DNA of 64,000 bases. Origin: Setoptus koraiensis. Its lineage: Eukaryota; Animalia; Arthropoda. The notes below the pieces were generated by a model that did no database searches, was not told the origin of the DNA, and saw only the letters and a program-made list of their open reading frames with translations. The translations under genes and the position numbers were made by a program. Shown in pieces: positions 23,818 through 35,469 of this stretch (positions within the stretch are counted from its first letter, which is position 1; every line of letters starts with the position of its first letter). The stretch is taken from positions 9,114,001 through 9,178,000 of the forward strand of contig CM106586.1 of assembly GCA_048013815.1 (NCBI GenBank). Direction: 5' to 3'.

Positions 23818-25239
23818 GTGCCAGCGATGTCCGCCAGGTAACAGCCGCGCTGATTATGTGCACACACTGGCCGGTGGCCGTGAATGGGCCTGAATATTGG
23901 GGCCCCCGCGCCCAAACAAGCCGCTCGCCAGGTGAGGGACAGCGAGCGTGCATTAAGTGAATAATGCCTCTGTATTCGCTTACTTGGCACATATCCATTC
24001 GCGATACGATGCTACAATTCCGTGAGCCAAACGCTGTGACTCACAGGCTGTGAGCCAAATGCTGTGCGCTCGGCCACTCAAACACAGTCTTTGGGGCCCA
24101 AAGTTTGGGGCCCGCTAATGATTGCTGCCGCTGCTGCGTCGCGGTCAGTGGGGCGGCATCGAGGCCGCATTAGCCGCGGGCAACGCGCCAGTCGCCTCTA
24201 TGGCTCCACCGGGACACAACACGGGCGATAACGGGCATAACGGGGCATAACGGGGGATAAGGGGCCGTGACGGGATATTTGTCTGCAGCGGAGGCCAGTG
24301 TCTGGCCAAAGTCAAGCCGGCGATTATCGTTGCTATTATGATTAAATGTTCGTGTTCGCTGCTTGTTGTGAGCTGGCCACCGATTGCGCAACCAAACGAG
24401 CTGGCGAGCTGGCGAGCTGGAGTTTGCACGGTGCAACGGCCACTCAACACAGTGCCAATAGTGCCATTAGTAATATAATATAACTTATATTATATAACTG
24501 GCGTTGAGGCCCGACCCGGCGAGCCCAACGGGTCGTTAATTAATTTTCGGCCGCTCCAAATTGATAACTGCGCACGTATGTGTGTGTCGTATAAATCAGT
24601 TCGCGCGCAACGGGCGCCCATTTCGCCGGCCCGCAACCCGTTAATTCCGAACCGCCGAGCAGCTTCCGGCCGACTCAACAATTGATTTGGCGCAAGTCGC
24701 TGCTTGCCGGCAAACTGGCTCTTCGGCTCGAAGCGAAACAAAAGCGAGCAAGATCAAGGTCAGCGGGTCGCCAGCGCCGCCAGTTTGGCCAGCAGCGCCA
24801 AGCAACTTGCTTGAAGCGGGAGCCCCGCCGCCCGGCCCGAAGGGTGCCATTAATTAGCTGACTCGCTGGCTGGCTGGCTGGCTCGCTCATGCAGAACGGA
24901 TCTTTAGAATTATCTCTTTAGCTGTTTAGCTCGTTGGCTGTTTGGCTGTTTAGCCGTTTAGCTATGCGTCCCGTGCAGATTGTTGCGAGTTGCTGGCGCG
25001 CCAGCGACCGGATTGACTTATGGGGCCGGCGGGCCCCGCGAGCTAGCGTGACTGGCCCAAATCAGTGCCGCAGTACTGGCACGGCAGTAATTCACGTTAG
25101 ACCGACTCGTGCGATATCGCAGGGGGATATTTAATGCATATAATCAGGCCAGCACAGACAGAGGCTCTCGGGGGCCTGGCGAAGCGCGGTGCCCAGATAT
25201 ATAACAGGCTTTTTTGTGGTTGTTATCTCGTCGGCAGTT

Positions 25240-25254
25240 GTTTGTTGCTGTCGT

Positions 25255-25289
<35 letters not shown>

Positions 25290-25360
25290 TTGTTGTTGCT
25301 GTCGTTGCTGCTGTTGCTGCTGTTGTTGCTGTCGTTGCTGCTGTTGTTGTTGTTGTTGCT
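25240..25360. repeat. (GCT/GTT)n trinucleotide microsatellite
   Basis: Long mixed TTG/CTG tract; polyQ or polyL in the six-frame track but no supporting gene structure. Confidence 0.9.
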
Positions 25361-25824
25361 GGTGCTGGCGCTCGGCGCACTGGGTCCACTTAATATATCC
25401 GCGCGCAAAAAGACGATCGCTTTCTGTCTCTATCAGTCTGTGTAACAGCATCAGATTAGAGAGATGTCGGATGAGCGCAAGCCAGGCCGGCTATCACAGC
25501 GCACTGCGGCTCATATTTGGGGCCCCGTGGCGCGCCGATGCGCCGTTTCAAGGTCGCGCGCGCCACTCACCAACGTACGCACGCCTGATTGAGCGCCGGC
25601 CGACCTACGCACCGATGTGAGGCCCGCGCGGGGCCCATATAATTTTCCGATGCCAGGCGGATACACGAGGCCCGCTTGCAGCCGTCGAGTGGCGCCTATG
25701 CTCGGCGCCAGTTGGTAGCAGGTGCCTCGATCATGATAACGCCGCGGCGCGATGAATATCAGCCCGAACAGGCTGCAATGGGGCGATTCGGCGAGCCAGC
25801 TGCCGGCAATGGTGCGCTCCGTGA

Positions 25825-25900
25825 TACAGAATCTGTAATACAGAGTCGGTAATACAGACTCGGTAATACAGGCTCGGTAATACAGACTCGGTAATACAGA
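25825..25900. repeat. 14-bp minisatellite (GTAATACAGACTCG) x~5
   Basis: Direct reading. Confidence 0.8.
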
Positions 25901-28900
25901 GTGTGTATATTTAGCCGGCGAGCCGGCTCGACGAGCCTAAAAGAATGCCTGGCTGGCTCGCTGCGAGCTCAGCTCGGCTGGCAAAAAACCGGGGGCCCCA
26001 CGAAAAAGAAGCCTCGGCAGCCGATCCGGCTAACAGGCGCGCCATAATGCCAACAAGCAAATAATAACGCTCGAGTGGCCGTCTATATTTGGCGGCGCTG
26101 CCGTGTGCCGCCTTGGGGCCTAATGATGCGAGCGACAAAGTTTGTCGCGCGCGCGGCCCTGAAATTTGCTCGTCAGGAATAACGAACGCGCGTCATGTTT
26201 ATTTCAGACTGGGCGCCAGACATGGCACTCAGACCGTCTGAGTGCCATGTCTGGCGAGTGGCTGGCGAGCGGCTGGCCTCTGTGCAGCGAAATCTGAAAA
26301 GTTATATCGGGGGCCCCATTTATATCGCGAGCGAAATCCCCGGAATGATAAAAATCTGCGCGAGCGGGGGAGGCCGGCGGGGGCCGGCGGGGGCCGGCGG
26401 AGGTGCGCCAAACTGGCGCCATCAGACAGAGCCGAGAGCAATCCGTTTGGCGAGCTCAATAACTCAAATTGCAAACTCCATTAGCCGCATTCATTGTAGC
26501 TGCAAGTCGCTGCAATTGCCGGCCGACGTGTCCGCGCTTGGCCAGCCGGCAACACGGGCATTATGATGTGGCCCCCCTTGGACGTAAGTCGCGCCTGTTT
26601 GGGGCCCGAGTGCGCGAAAATAAAGACAAAACAATCCCGTGACAGCGCCGCCAGCGGCCAGCCGGCCGAGCCGCTGTCACGGGCCGAGCCAGATTGGCCG
26701 GCTGTCGACTCGCGCGCACAAGAATAGTATAGAATGGAGGCCCCGCGGAGACCCCTCCCTGGGGCCTGGCACGAATGCCAGCAGGCAGGCACATTGGGGC
26801 GCTTTGGCGCACATTGGCGCACTGTCGGCGCACCGGGCCCCCGGCCCGCCAACAACAACATTTGTGCGACTTTAACGCTATTACATGATCGACGAGTGAC
26901 GACAATGATTGGTGACGCTGCGGCTACCATCGCCGCCCGAAATCACACTCAAGCGCAACTGGCAAAAGAAACGGGGCCCCGGGGCCCCGGATAGCCTGCG
27001 AGTCGCTGCTGTAATTAACCAGATGCAACGCTGGTTGTTACGCTGGCATTCCGGGCATTGGAGCATTCGGGTATCGGTAGTGGCTGGGGCCAGCGTAACT
27101 CGATAAAGTCGCTCGTGAGACGTGCGATTCGCGCGAATTCCAGCGAATTCGCTGGAATCGTTAGGGGCCCGCAACGCTGCCGGCCGGCCGGCCGGCACTG
27201 GCGACTGGCGACAATTAAATGGAAAAGGGGGCCGCTTTCTCTCAACTGAGTTATTGCTGCTTATCGGCAAGCCGGACGGGCCCGATAAGCAGCAATAACA
27301 ATTCAGTGGCGCGCGTCCGGCTGGGCTCGGCCGCCGCGCGCAAATAATCCGCTCAAATGGCCACCGGTCAATTTGGTTGTTGCGGCTCGGTGCGGCCGGG
27401 CTCGGGCAGCGCGGCCGCGAGTGGCGCCTAATCTGCTCTGACTGGACGCCAACAACAACGACAGCAACAACAACAACAACGACGACGACGACACCAACAA
27501 ACCGGCAACAAACAATGAATTGTGCACAATGGGCCGCTACTAATTACGCCCCCCGCTCGCAGTGTGTCGGTTGGCGGGCCGGCGCGGCCAGCGACCGTCT
27601 CTAGCCTGGGCCGCGGTGCGGTTGTTGTGGCAGTGGGCGCTGACCGACGTCAGATTAGGCGGCAGCGTTTGCACGTTGGCGCGGCGGCGGCGCGCCTGTG
27701 CACGGCCGCCAACTTGACGGATAATGAAATAAATTAAATGAATTGGATAGGAATTCGCATTGGGGCCCATTGCGGGCCCCATTGAACCGAGCCGAATTCC
27801 TTCTGGTGGCGGGCCCATTGTGCGCTGCGTCGGTATCGTTATCGGGCCGCCTGTCTGTCTGGCTGGCTTGCTGGCCGGCAAGTCGCACAACAATTGGCGC
27901 AAACGAACTCGCACAACAATGGGGCGACCTGCCAACTTGCAATAGAATTGATTGCCTAGTTACTGTTACGGGCGCCGTGGTTACCTCTTGGCGCTCGTGG
28001 TGTCTAGTATGCAGTTTGCGCTGTGTCACTGTGTAGCACGGGCTCGTGCGAGCGCGCGCGCGTATCGCCATTGCACGAGCGAGCGCCTAGGTGCGTTCGC
28101 GACTTGTTTTGGCGCAACGCGTGCGCACTCGCGCCGCGCCCCACAACTGAGCGGGCCTCTCTCTCTCAACTGAGTCGCCGAACGCGAATGGGGGCGCCCT
28201 TTCAAGGTCAAACACGCACGCACACGCGGGCACACACGCATGGCGAGCCAACCGATTCGGCGAGGCGCTTCAAGAGCGCGCGCGCGCGTGCATGCAAACA
28301 GCGCCACGCAGCCCGGCCTGTGGGGCCCATTGTGCTGCGTTGGCGCAACGGGCCCCACGGATAATCAAATGATGGTGCCGGCCGCCGAAACAAAGCCAGC
28401 GATGCCGTCGGGCCTATCTGTCGGGCCGGCGCTGCGCACCCAAACCGGCGGGCCAACGGCTGCTGCTGCTAAACTAATTTCGCTGCATCGGGCGCTGAGC
28501 GGTTTCACTGGACGACTCGCTCGGCGCCCGACGAAATCGCTCGGCGACGGTGAAGGGGCGCAATTGGCGACTAATTTCAAAGTTCCGTTTCAAGTGGCAC
28601 GCGTTTTGTTTTTGGACTGTGGCGCGATCGCTGCACCCAATCGCCCGTTTCCCGTCGCACGCACGTTACATCGAGTGCCATTGTCACAATTATCATCACG
28701 CCATCGACACTGTTTTCGCGGGCGCACTGTCGCCGGTGTCGCCAGTTGCGAGCGCTGAGGGCCCCGCAGTCGCGGGCCCCGGTAATTGGAGTAATTGGCG
28801 AGCTGGCGCCGACCGAAGCTCGCCCAAGTTAACATACAGATGCGGCGACAACTCGCCGACGAATCATCAAATATTCGAATGCGCAATTGTCCGCCGAGTC

Positions 28901-30034
28901 GAACCGAACTCGCTGCGGCCCAATTTGGCGGCTCGGTGCCGGGGACGGCGAACGTGCCCGGCCCCGGCCCCGGCACGAGACGGCGCCCGTTCACGTGGCA
29001 TCTCGTTTATTGCCGAGATGCCGTAATAATGTGTAAATCATTTCGGCCCCAACGACAGCGGCAAGTCGTCGCAGTTTGTCTTGCGCCGTTGCACGTATTT
29101 CGGCTTGCTGGCTCGGTGCGTTTGTTTGGCGTTGTTGGCGTCGATGAGAGCGGCGCGTAATTGAGCATCAGGCGCCCAGCGGCAAGCTGGTTCACGTGCA
29201 CCAGGACGGCAGCGCGTGCACCAAGACGGCAGCGCGTGCACAAACGCGTCTCACAAGTTGTCAGTTGCGCAATGCGCTCGTTGCCGAGCTCGGCGCTGCG
29301 TTTGGCAAGCTATTAGTGACAGTGTGCAGCTTGCGGACACGTTTGGCAGCGGCTTGCGAGTTTACATTCGGTTTGCAATCATCAGTGACCAGTGTCGAGA
29401 TTGCCGTCGTCGCCGGGATTACAGGCTGGCATCAGCTGCTGCTCGGGTCGCTTACGTAACGCGCCATTGGGGCGTCAGTTGTTGTTGTGTGTGACAGAGC
29501 ACGCTGATCCGCGGCCGCCATCACGCCAACGGCGGCATCAGCCGCTCGCTGGCCTTGAAAGGTGCACTGTGTCACTTTGTGCAGCTTGCCATTATCTGTT
29601 TTGGGGCCCGTTATGTCGGCATCATGTTGGCGTTATGTCGGCGTTATGTTGGCGCCGCGTTGCCGTTATCATAACGGCGTTATGTCGCTCGTTATATTGC
29701 GCGGGCCCCGCGCGATATTGTGCGCAACTGCGCACGGTTTGGGCTCGGCCCGCCGAGCGCACCAGGCGGCCTGTGCGGTGCACCGAGCGGCCTGTGCGGT
29801 GCACCGAGCGGGGCTGTGCCGCGCTGGACGCGGCACACCGAACGCGCCCGACATTGCATGCACACCAGAGAGGAGAGTGGGCCAAAGAGGCCCACGGTGC
29901 GCGTGTAATATATGTTATGTAATATTGTGTATTATATAACAAAGCAGCCAGCGCAGAGAAAACAAAACAACGCTCGCAGGCCCGTATATTGCGTACATGA
30001 TGCACGGTGCGTGTGGCATGCTGAAGAATTCAAT

Positions 30035-30065
<31 letters not shown>

Positions 30066-30831
30066 AAAACAATAAAAACACAACAATGAAAACAACATCA
30101 GCAGGGCCCACTCTGTTCGTCGTTGTGTTGTTGTGCTGTGCGTGCTTGCGCTTGCGCACTCAATTCCACTATGCACACACCATGCACGCACCAGGCGCAC
30201 GAACATACAGCCAGCACACATGCACGCTGCATGCAGCGCACCAAATGAATGCGCACTAGCGCGCAATGTGCGCAAAGAATGTGGGCGCGCGCGCTTCTTT
30301 GGGCCCCACTGTGAGCCTCACAGTTTGAGGCATCCAACGAGGAAATTGAATGCCAGATAGAGACATAACAGCGCTGGTAAGACGACCAATATCAGTGGTA
30401 GTAGCAGCGGCAGCAGAAGCAATAATAATGTTGACAATAATAATAATAATTTCAACAATCTAATACCACGCTCCCAGGGCCTCAAAGGAAACGATACAAA
30501 GTGCAACAAATTCTCTGCAAATACAACACTGACCAATCACAACAATTGGACTTATCTAGCGGACATAATCGAATCAATCTCAGTGTGTGTGTGTCTCTTT
30601 TTCACGGCAGCAGCAACAACAATTATCATTGCAATTGCATCACCTCTGTACATCACCTGTATTCAGTTACATCGAAAGCGAATTTTCGCCAAACACAAAC
30701 AAGCAACAACAACGAGCACAGCAGCCTCGGGGAGCCCCAAATATATTCAGCTACAGTAGATTTATTCAATTCTTTTCCAGTTCATTCTTTGGCCATAGAA
30801 TAGAGGCAGACAACACAAAAGGAACACAAAA

Positions 30832-31824
30832 ATGGCTGCATTTATAGCCAAACAAATGGTGGGCAACCAATTCTCGGCCGTCAAAGGTGAGTGAGCTGCA
30901 CGTTGAGCACGCATCGGCTAAGCGCACTTATTGTCCAGTGACTAACAACTTATCTCTCGTTAATAATCGATCCGCCAACCGGGATCCACCGAACGCGATC
31001 CACCAAACGCGATCCACCGAACGCGATCCACCAAACGCGATCCACCAAACGCGATCCACCAAATGAAGCCGACATCTCGAGCGAGGGCCCGACCGCCGAG
31101 GAGAGGTCCAAAATGGAGGAGGAGGAACGAGAACGATTGGCGGCTCTGCAAGAGGCCGAAGAGATCAGAAAGGACAAACACAGAAAACTGGAAGAGGAGC
31201 GAGAAAAAATGAGGCAAGGCGTCAGAGAGAAGGTAAGTGGCGGCCAGATTTGCACCCCCGAAGCGTGATACATCGTACACATTTCGCATGCCGAGCACAA
31301 TGGTCAATAACATGTTATATATCCAATCATTTTATGTCCCATCGGTATATATCCAATCATTTCGTATCCCATCGGTATATATCCAATGGCCATATATCCC
31401 ACTGCATCATGTTGTGCATCATCAGTACGGCATCAAGAAAAAGGAAGAGAAAGAGGACGAGCTGAGAAAACAACAAGAGGCCGAAATGGCATTCCACATT
31501 GCAGCCATGAATCCTGGCAATGTTGCCAACAAGGGCAAACCTGGACTAAACAATCTCAATTCAACCGATGATGAAGACTTTGCAAGTAAGTGACGCACCC
31601 AATTTTTAATCTATTCTCTTCGCACAAAGTCAATATATACATTATACAATTATATCCAAAAAATGCTAATCGTTCAATCGTATCAATCGTCGTTTATCTC
31701 ATCAACCAACAATTGCAATATAGCGAAACTAATGAATGGAAATGTCTCGGGAGCCGCCACTCATGTGATGAACAAAATGCAATCTTTGTTGCCCCAGAAT
31801 TTTCCTTTATTTAAACAGGAGTAG
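30832..31824 (+). CDS. cpx: Complexin; exons 30832-30886, 31069-31232, 31426-31585, 31724-31824 (terminal exon 4a)
   Basis: Spliced product MAAFIAKQMVGNQFSAVKA...[47 protein letters not shown]...DDEDFATKLMNGNVSGAATHVMNKMQSLLPQNFPLFKQE. The N-terminus and central helix (R..KHRK.EEERE.MRQ..R.KYG.KKK) are diagnostic. All introns are GT-AG with consistent phases (1,0,1). Confidence 0.93.
30969..31066 (+). repeat. 14-bp minisatellite (GATCCACC(A/G)AACGC) x7 between the branch point and acceptor of complexin intron 1
   Basis: Direct reading. TGACTAAC at 30939-30946, and no AG dinucleotide between it and the AG at 31067-31068. Confidence 0.9.
31317..31404. repeat. 30-bp tandem repeat x~3 in complexin intron 2
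   Basis: ATATATCCAATCATTT....TCCCATCGGT recurs at period 30. Confidence 0.8.
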
Positions 31825-31916
31825 AGTAGTATTTTTCTCTTCATTAGTAACCCACTATTGTCATTGTTAGAGGATGTTTCATCGTATTTGTTAACGTATC
31901 TCACCTAACAACACAG

Positions 31917-32011
31917 CGAAACTAATGAATGGAATAGTCTCGGGAGCCGCCACTAATGTGATGAACAAAATGCAATCTTTGTTGCCCCAGAATTTTCCAT
32001 TGTTTAAATAG
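31917..32011 (+). CDS. cpx: Duplicated alternative terminal coding exon (4b) of complexin
   Basis: Near-identical copy 193 bp downstream of exon 4a, with its own CACCTAAC branch-like motif and ACACAG acceptor. Same phase; encodes TKLMNGIVSGAATNVMNKMQSLLPQNFPLFK*. Confidence 0.75.
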
Positions 32012-32143
32012 GGAGTAGAGTAGTATTTTTCTCTTCATTAGTAACCCACTATTGTCATTGTTAGAGGTGAAGACAAATTATTATTAATAATAAACACTAT
32101 AATAACATCAACAAAGTTAATAATTCACATTGAATAATCAAAC

Positions 32144-32325
32144 ATGTCACGAACAACATCCCGCAATGAGGTCCAGTTTTGGCCAGGCCAGTCGAGCCCA
32201 TGTATTGCGACTGCCTCACTTGGTCTGTAGCTATCATATTATTAACAGATGGCAGAAATTGACTCAATCGTGTATCTGCTGTATAGTTTATCAATCAAAA
32301 TAAATTAATTCATTAGAAAATCACA
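32144..32325. repeat. Dispersed ~180-bp repeat, copy 1 (copy 2 at 37016-37185)
   Basis: GTCA(C/T)GAACAACATCC...GTCCAGTTTT.GCCAGGCCAGTC.AGCCCAT.TATTGCGACTGCC...GACTCAATCGTGTATCTG.TGTATAGTTTATCAATCAAAATAAAT.AATTCATTAGAAAA is shared by both copies. Confidence 0.9.
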
Positions 32326-32379
32326 ACAAACGAACAAAACAAATCAACTCGCTCGTCATGTGTCAAGATAGGTAAATGC

Positions 32380-33855
32380 GACATTTGATACTGATGTGTC
32401 TTGGCTATTCCATAGCTGAAATGAGACAGATCGCCTCAAATTTCAATCACAAAACTTCGTATCATACCCGATACAATTTGCTCGGCACAAATGACCCAAT
32501 AGCTTGAGGACCTTTTGTCATCCGATTGATTACAGTCGATTTCGGCTGATACAATCAACAACAAAAAGCGACGGTCAAGGGATAGGAAGAGAGAAAGTAT
32601 AGTCAACGACAGAAATCGTTGTTGGCAAAACAGATCAGATCTAAACAACCATAAGATTTCATATATTTGTGCACGATGCAATCAAACAAAAAGAAACTAT
32701 CGCAAAAAAGACAACACAAGTCAGAATTCAGACGGTAGCTAAAGTTTGATAAACAACTTTGTTTTAATCTATGCTGGATCGCGGACATCCGCGAAAAACA
32801 CCGCGGTAAAAATTTTGTCTGGGTTTTCGTTTCGCGGTACCACCAAGGGTCTCGCGGTTTTTCTACCGCAGAAGCAGAATGGACGGCTCTAATTGATCGA
32901 ATTTACTAAATATTGATTAAATCGAAGTCATTTTATTGATTGAAAGTGACTTGGGATGATTATTCTGCTTGAATGTATTCGAATACATAGGCTGGAGCGA
33001 GCTTTGAATCTCGCCAAGTATATGTGTACCTGACTTAGATGAGGCTAGTAGAACGAATATTGATCTAGAGATGAATCTAGGCTCAGGTCAAACGACCTAT
33101 TTTGTTCGATCTGAGCTCTCGAAAAAGCTTGCTTGATACTTGTTCCGAGTGAGTTCATTATTATTCTAGGCCTCGTGAATCAATTACTTTTGCAATGTCA
33201 CCATGAGTTTGTATATCTAGGGTTGCATCACATTAGTATAATGGATCATACAGGGATCAAAGAGAGTGATACTTAGTTGACATTGGATTAATTATCAATA
33301 TGATTGCTAGACACATTCCTATCGAGCCATTCATTAGTGTTGGTACTGATGATGTGAGAAAGTACAATAGAAAGAAGTTGGCAAGATTGCTACCATCTAT
33401 TTAGACAGCACCATTGTCATAACATCTTGTCATCTTGTTAGTTATGTTCGCTATTTACATTTCAATCGAATGTCTGATATGCGTACTTTGCAGCTTCAAT
33501 CAAGGATAAAAGACAGCTCATCATTATAATCATTATCAGCACCACTTAATATTAATCGCATGCTAGCCCAACAATTCCAATTCTATTAGAATATACTCAT
33601 GTTAGTGATAGACATTTATTCAAATGATCATAGTCTGAGAAAGGAGCTGAGAACAATAACTGTCCCGGTCGGGGTAATATCAGTAGGTGACTTTGACTCG
33701 CTTGCTCCCTATTCTGCTGGCCTCAAATGTGGTGGGCTATTTGGAGCTCTCGTAGGCAAAATGTTTAGGTTTTACTTTTAAAATCTCGACTTGCGTATTT
33801 ATGAACAGGACGAGTTGCAGTCGCATGATGAATCTCTCCGCTCAAATGACAAACA
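32380..33855 (+). repeat. Derived, deleted copy of the 8520-10860 segment
   Basis: Collinear blocks with internal deletions (equivalent to ~9770-10330 and ~10570-10610) and one non-homologous GC-rich patch at ~32770-32890. Confidence 0.9.
33560..33855 (+). pseudogene. Pseudogenised CUB-exon fragment of the serine protease
   Basis: NDHSLRKELRTITVPVGVISVGDFDSLAPYSAGLKCGGLFGALVGKMFRFYF* aligns to the intact exon. There is an in-frame TAA at 33779-33781, the acceptor region is deleted, and homology stops at ~33855. Confidence 0.85.
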
Positions 33856-34052
33856 ACTACCAAGTTGTTTGTCATCCACCCGTGTCGCACGCACTCAGAG
33901 ACCTCTCAGAGTATAAGATTCGCGTCAAAAACAAAAACTTTTACAAAACTGCAAAGAAAAAGTGAGACACTACTGATATAAGTTTGATTGTCAGATAAAT
34001 TGTTTATTGATTGTTGAATGTGCCCGAATACCTGTGGATGGCGACACTTGAT

Positions 34053-34523
34053 TTAACCATCATATTGTTGATTGTTAGGATTGTAGTTGGGATTTTGATT
34101 ATTTTGGTTCGGATTGTAGTTAGGATTGTAGTTGGGATTTTGATTATTTTGGTTCGGATTGTAGTTGGGATTTTGATTATTTTGGTTTGGATTATAGTTG
34201 GGATTTTGATTATTTTGGTTCGGGTTGTAGTTGGGATTTCGATTGGGATTTCGATTTTGATTGTAGTTGGGATTTTGATTCTGGTTCGGATTATAGTTGG
34301 GATTCTGGTTGTTGAAGGGAAGTCCTCCTTGCTGATAATTAGGATTAGCGAATTGGCCCAGCTGAGGCATTGTTTGCAGCAGTTCCGGATGCAGCGCGAG
34401 ATATCGTTGAATTTGCAGCCTAGCCTGCTCTGGAGTCGCACAACTAAATACTGATTGGGCGAAAATGGCCGACACTATCAGCCCAACTAATACAAAATGA
34501 GTTGATCTTACTCGGGTCATCAT
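34053..34523 (-). CDS. Orphan, probably secreted, Asn/Gln/Pro/Tyr-repeat protein (~156 aa)
   Basis: MMTRVRSTHFVLVGLIVSAIFAQSVFS has the basic-hydrophobic-small residue layout of a signal peptide. A short unique segment follows, then about 8 imperfect QNPNYNPNQNN units (33-nt repeat). ATTTATT-context AATAAA on the minus strand at ~34008-34003. No homologue recognised. Confidence 0.65.
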   Translation of the reverse strand: MMTRVRSTHFVLVGLIVSAIFAQSVFSCATPEQARLQIQRYLALHPELLQTMPQLGQFANPNYQQGGLPFNNQNPNYNPNQNQNPNYNQNRNPNRNPNYNPNQNNQNPNYNPNQNNQNPNYNPNQNNQNPNYNPNYNPNQNNQNPNYNPNNQQYDG

Positions 34524-35469
34524 GCTGAATTTTGTTCTCCAATTCAGATGTTGTTGGGATGGATAAATTTGACAGGTTTGCTTATTGAGTTCTAGTTGTT
34601 TGTTGGGATGCAACTGTTGATCTTATGAACTACAATCGACACTGTCAACTATTTATGTATGTTTTGTCCAGTCGGAGTTATTCGAATTTTCATCTATTGT
34701 TGGATAAGAACAGTGTGACTGTATCAAGAGCTGATGATGCATCAACATGATTGGAGGAATAATTATTCAATGATGGTTAGCGCGTTTGCATTTTCTCGAC
34801 ATGTCTGCCTCATTACGTTATTTAACGGAATGTTGCAAGCATTAATGATTGATCAAGATCAATCAGCGAGAGGCTTGTTACATACCATGTGTAGTCATCT
34901 GCTCAACAAATGTATCAAATAGCAACGAACACTGGGTGCTGTTAATTAGGCCGGAATATTGATACAATGCTCATCAATTCAATCATTGACATTAGTCACA
35001 TCTCCCTATTACCAATCAATTAGCTGCCTGGTAAAGTAAAACTGGTATTAATTATTCTTAGTGCTATTCGATCACCTTTTGCGTCCGATGAAGCAGTCAT
35101 GACGAAAACATTCCTGTGATTGCTGCCAATAAAGATAATTCAGCAGACTATACATCAGCTAATTGCGATGCATTGTCTATGGATCTGATTCATCACACGA
35201 AGCTTGACCTTGATGATCCAAAGTTTACTAGAGCACCAGAGTGACAATATTTGGAATAGAGGCTGATCGAATGAATTTCTCGATCAATCACAATGCTCGA
35301 ATGAGTTTCATCTATTCAAGCGACAGACTTGTTATGAATGAGCCAGACAAAATGGAAACACTTGAATGATAATAATGCAACTTTCATCTCCTCTCTCCAA
35401 GTCAATACCGATTATAATATATTGAACTGTCCTGATATTTCCGATCAAGCAGCCAGCACATTTCGTAGG

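Noticed and set aside
25131-25451. PolyQ protein exon
   Set aside because: A microsatellite open in several frames; no flanking gene evidence.
14330-30400. Dozens of 60-260-aa ORFs in all six frames
   Set aside because: Expected in GC-rich, stop-poor DNA. They overlap on both strands and show no domain signatures or consistent splice chains.
30969-31066. CRISPR-like arrays (this and other tandem repeats)
   Set aside because: No unique spacers, eukaryotic context, no cas genes.
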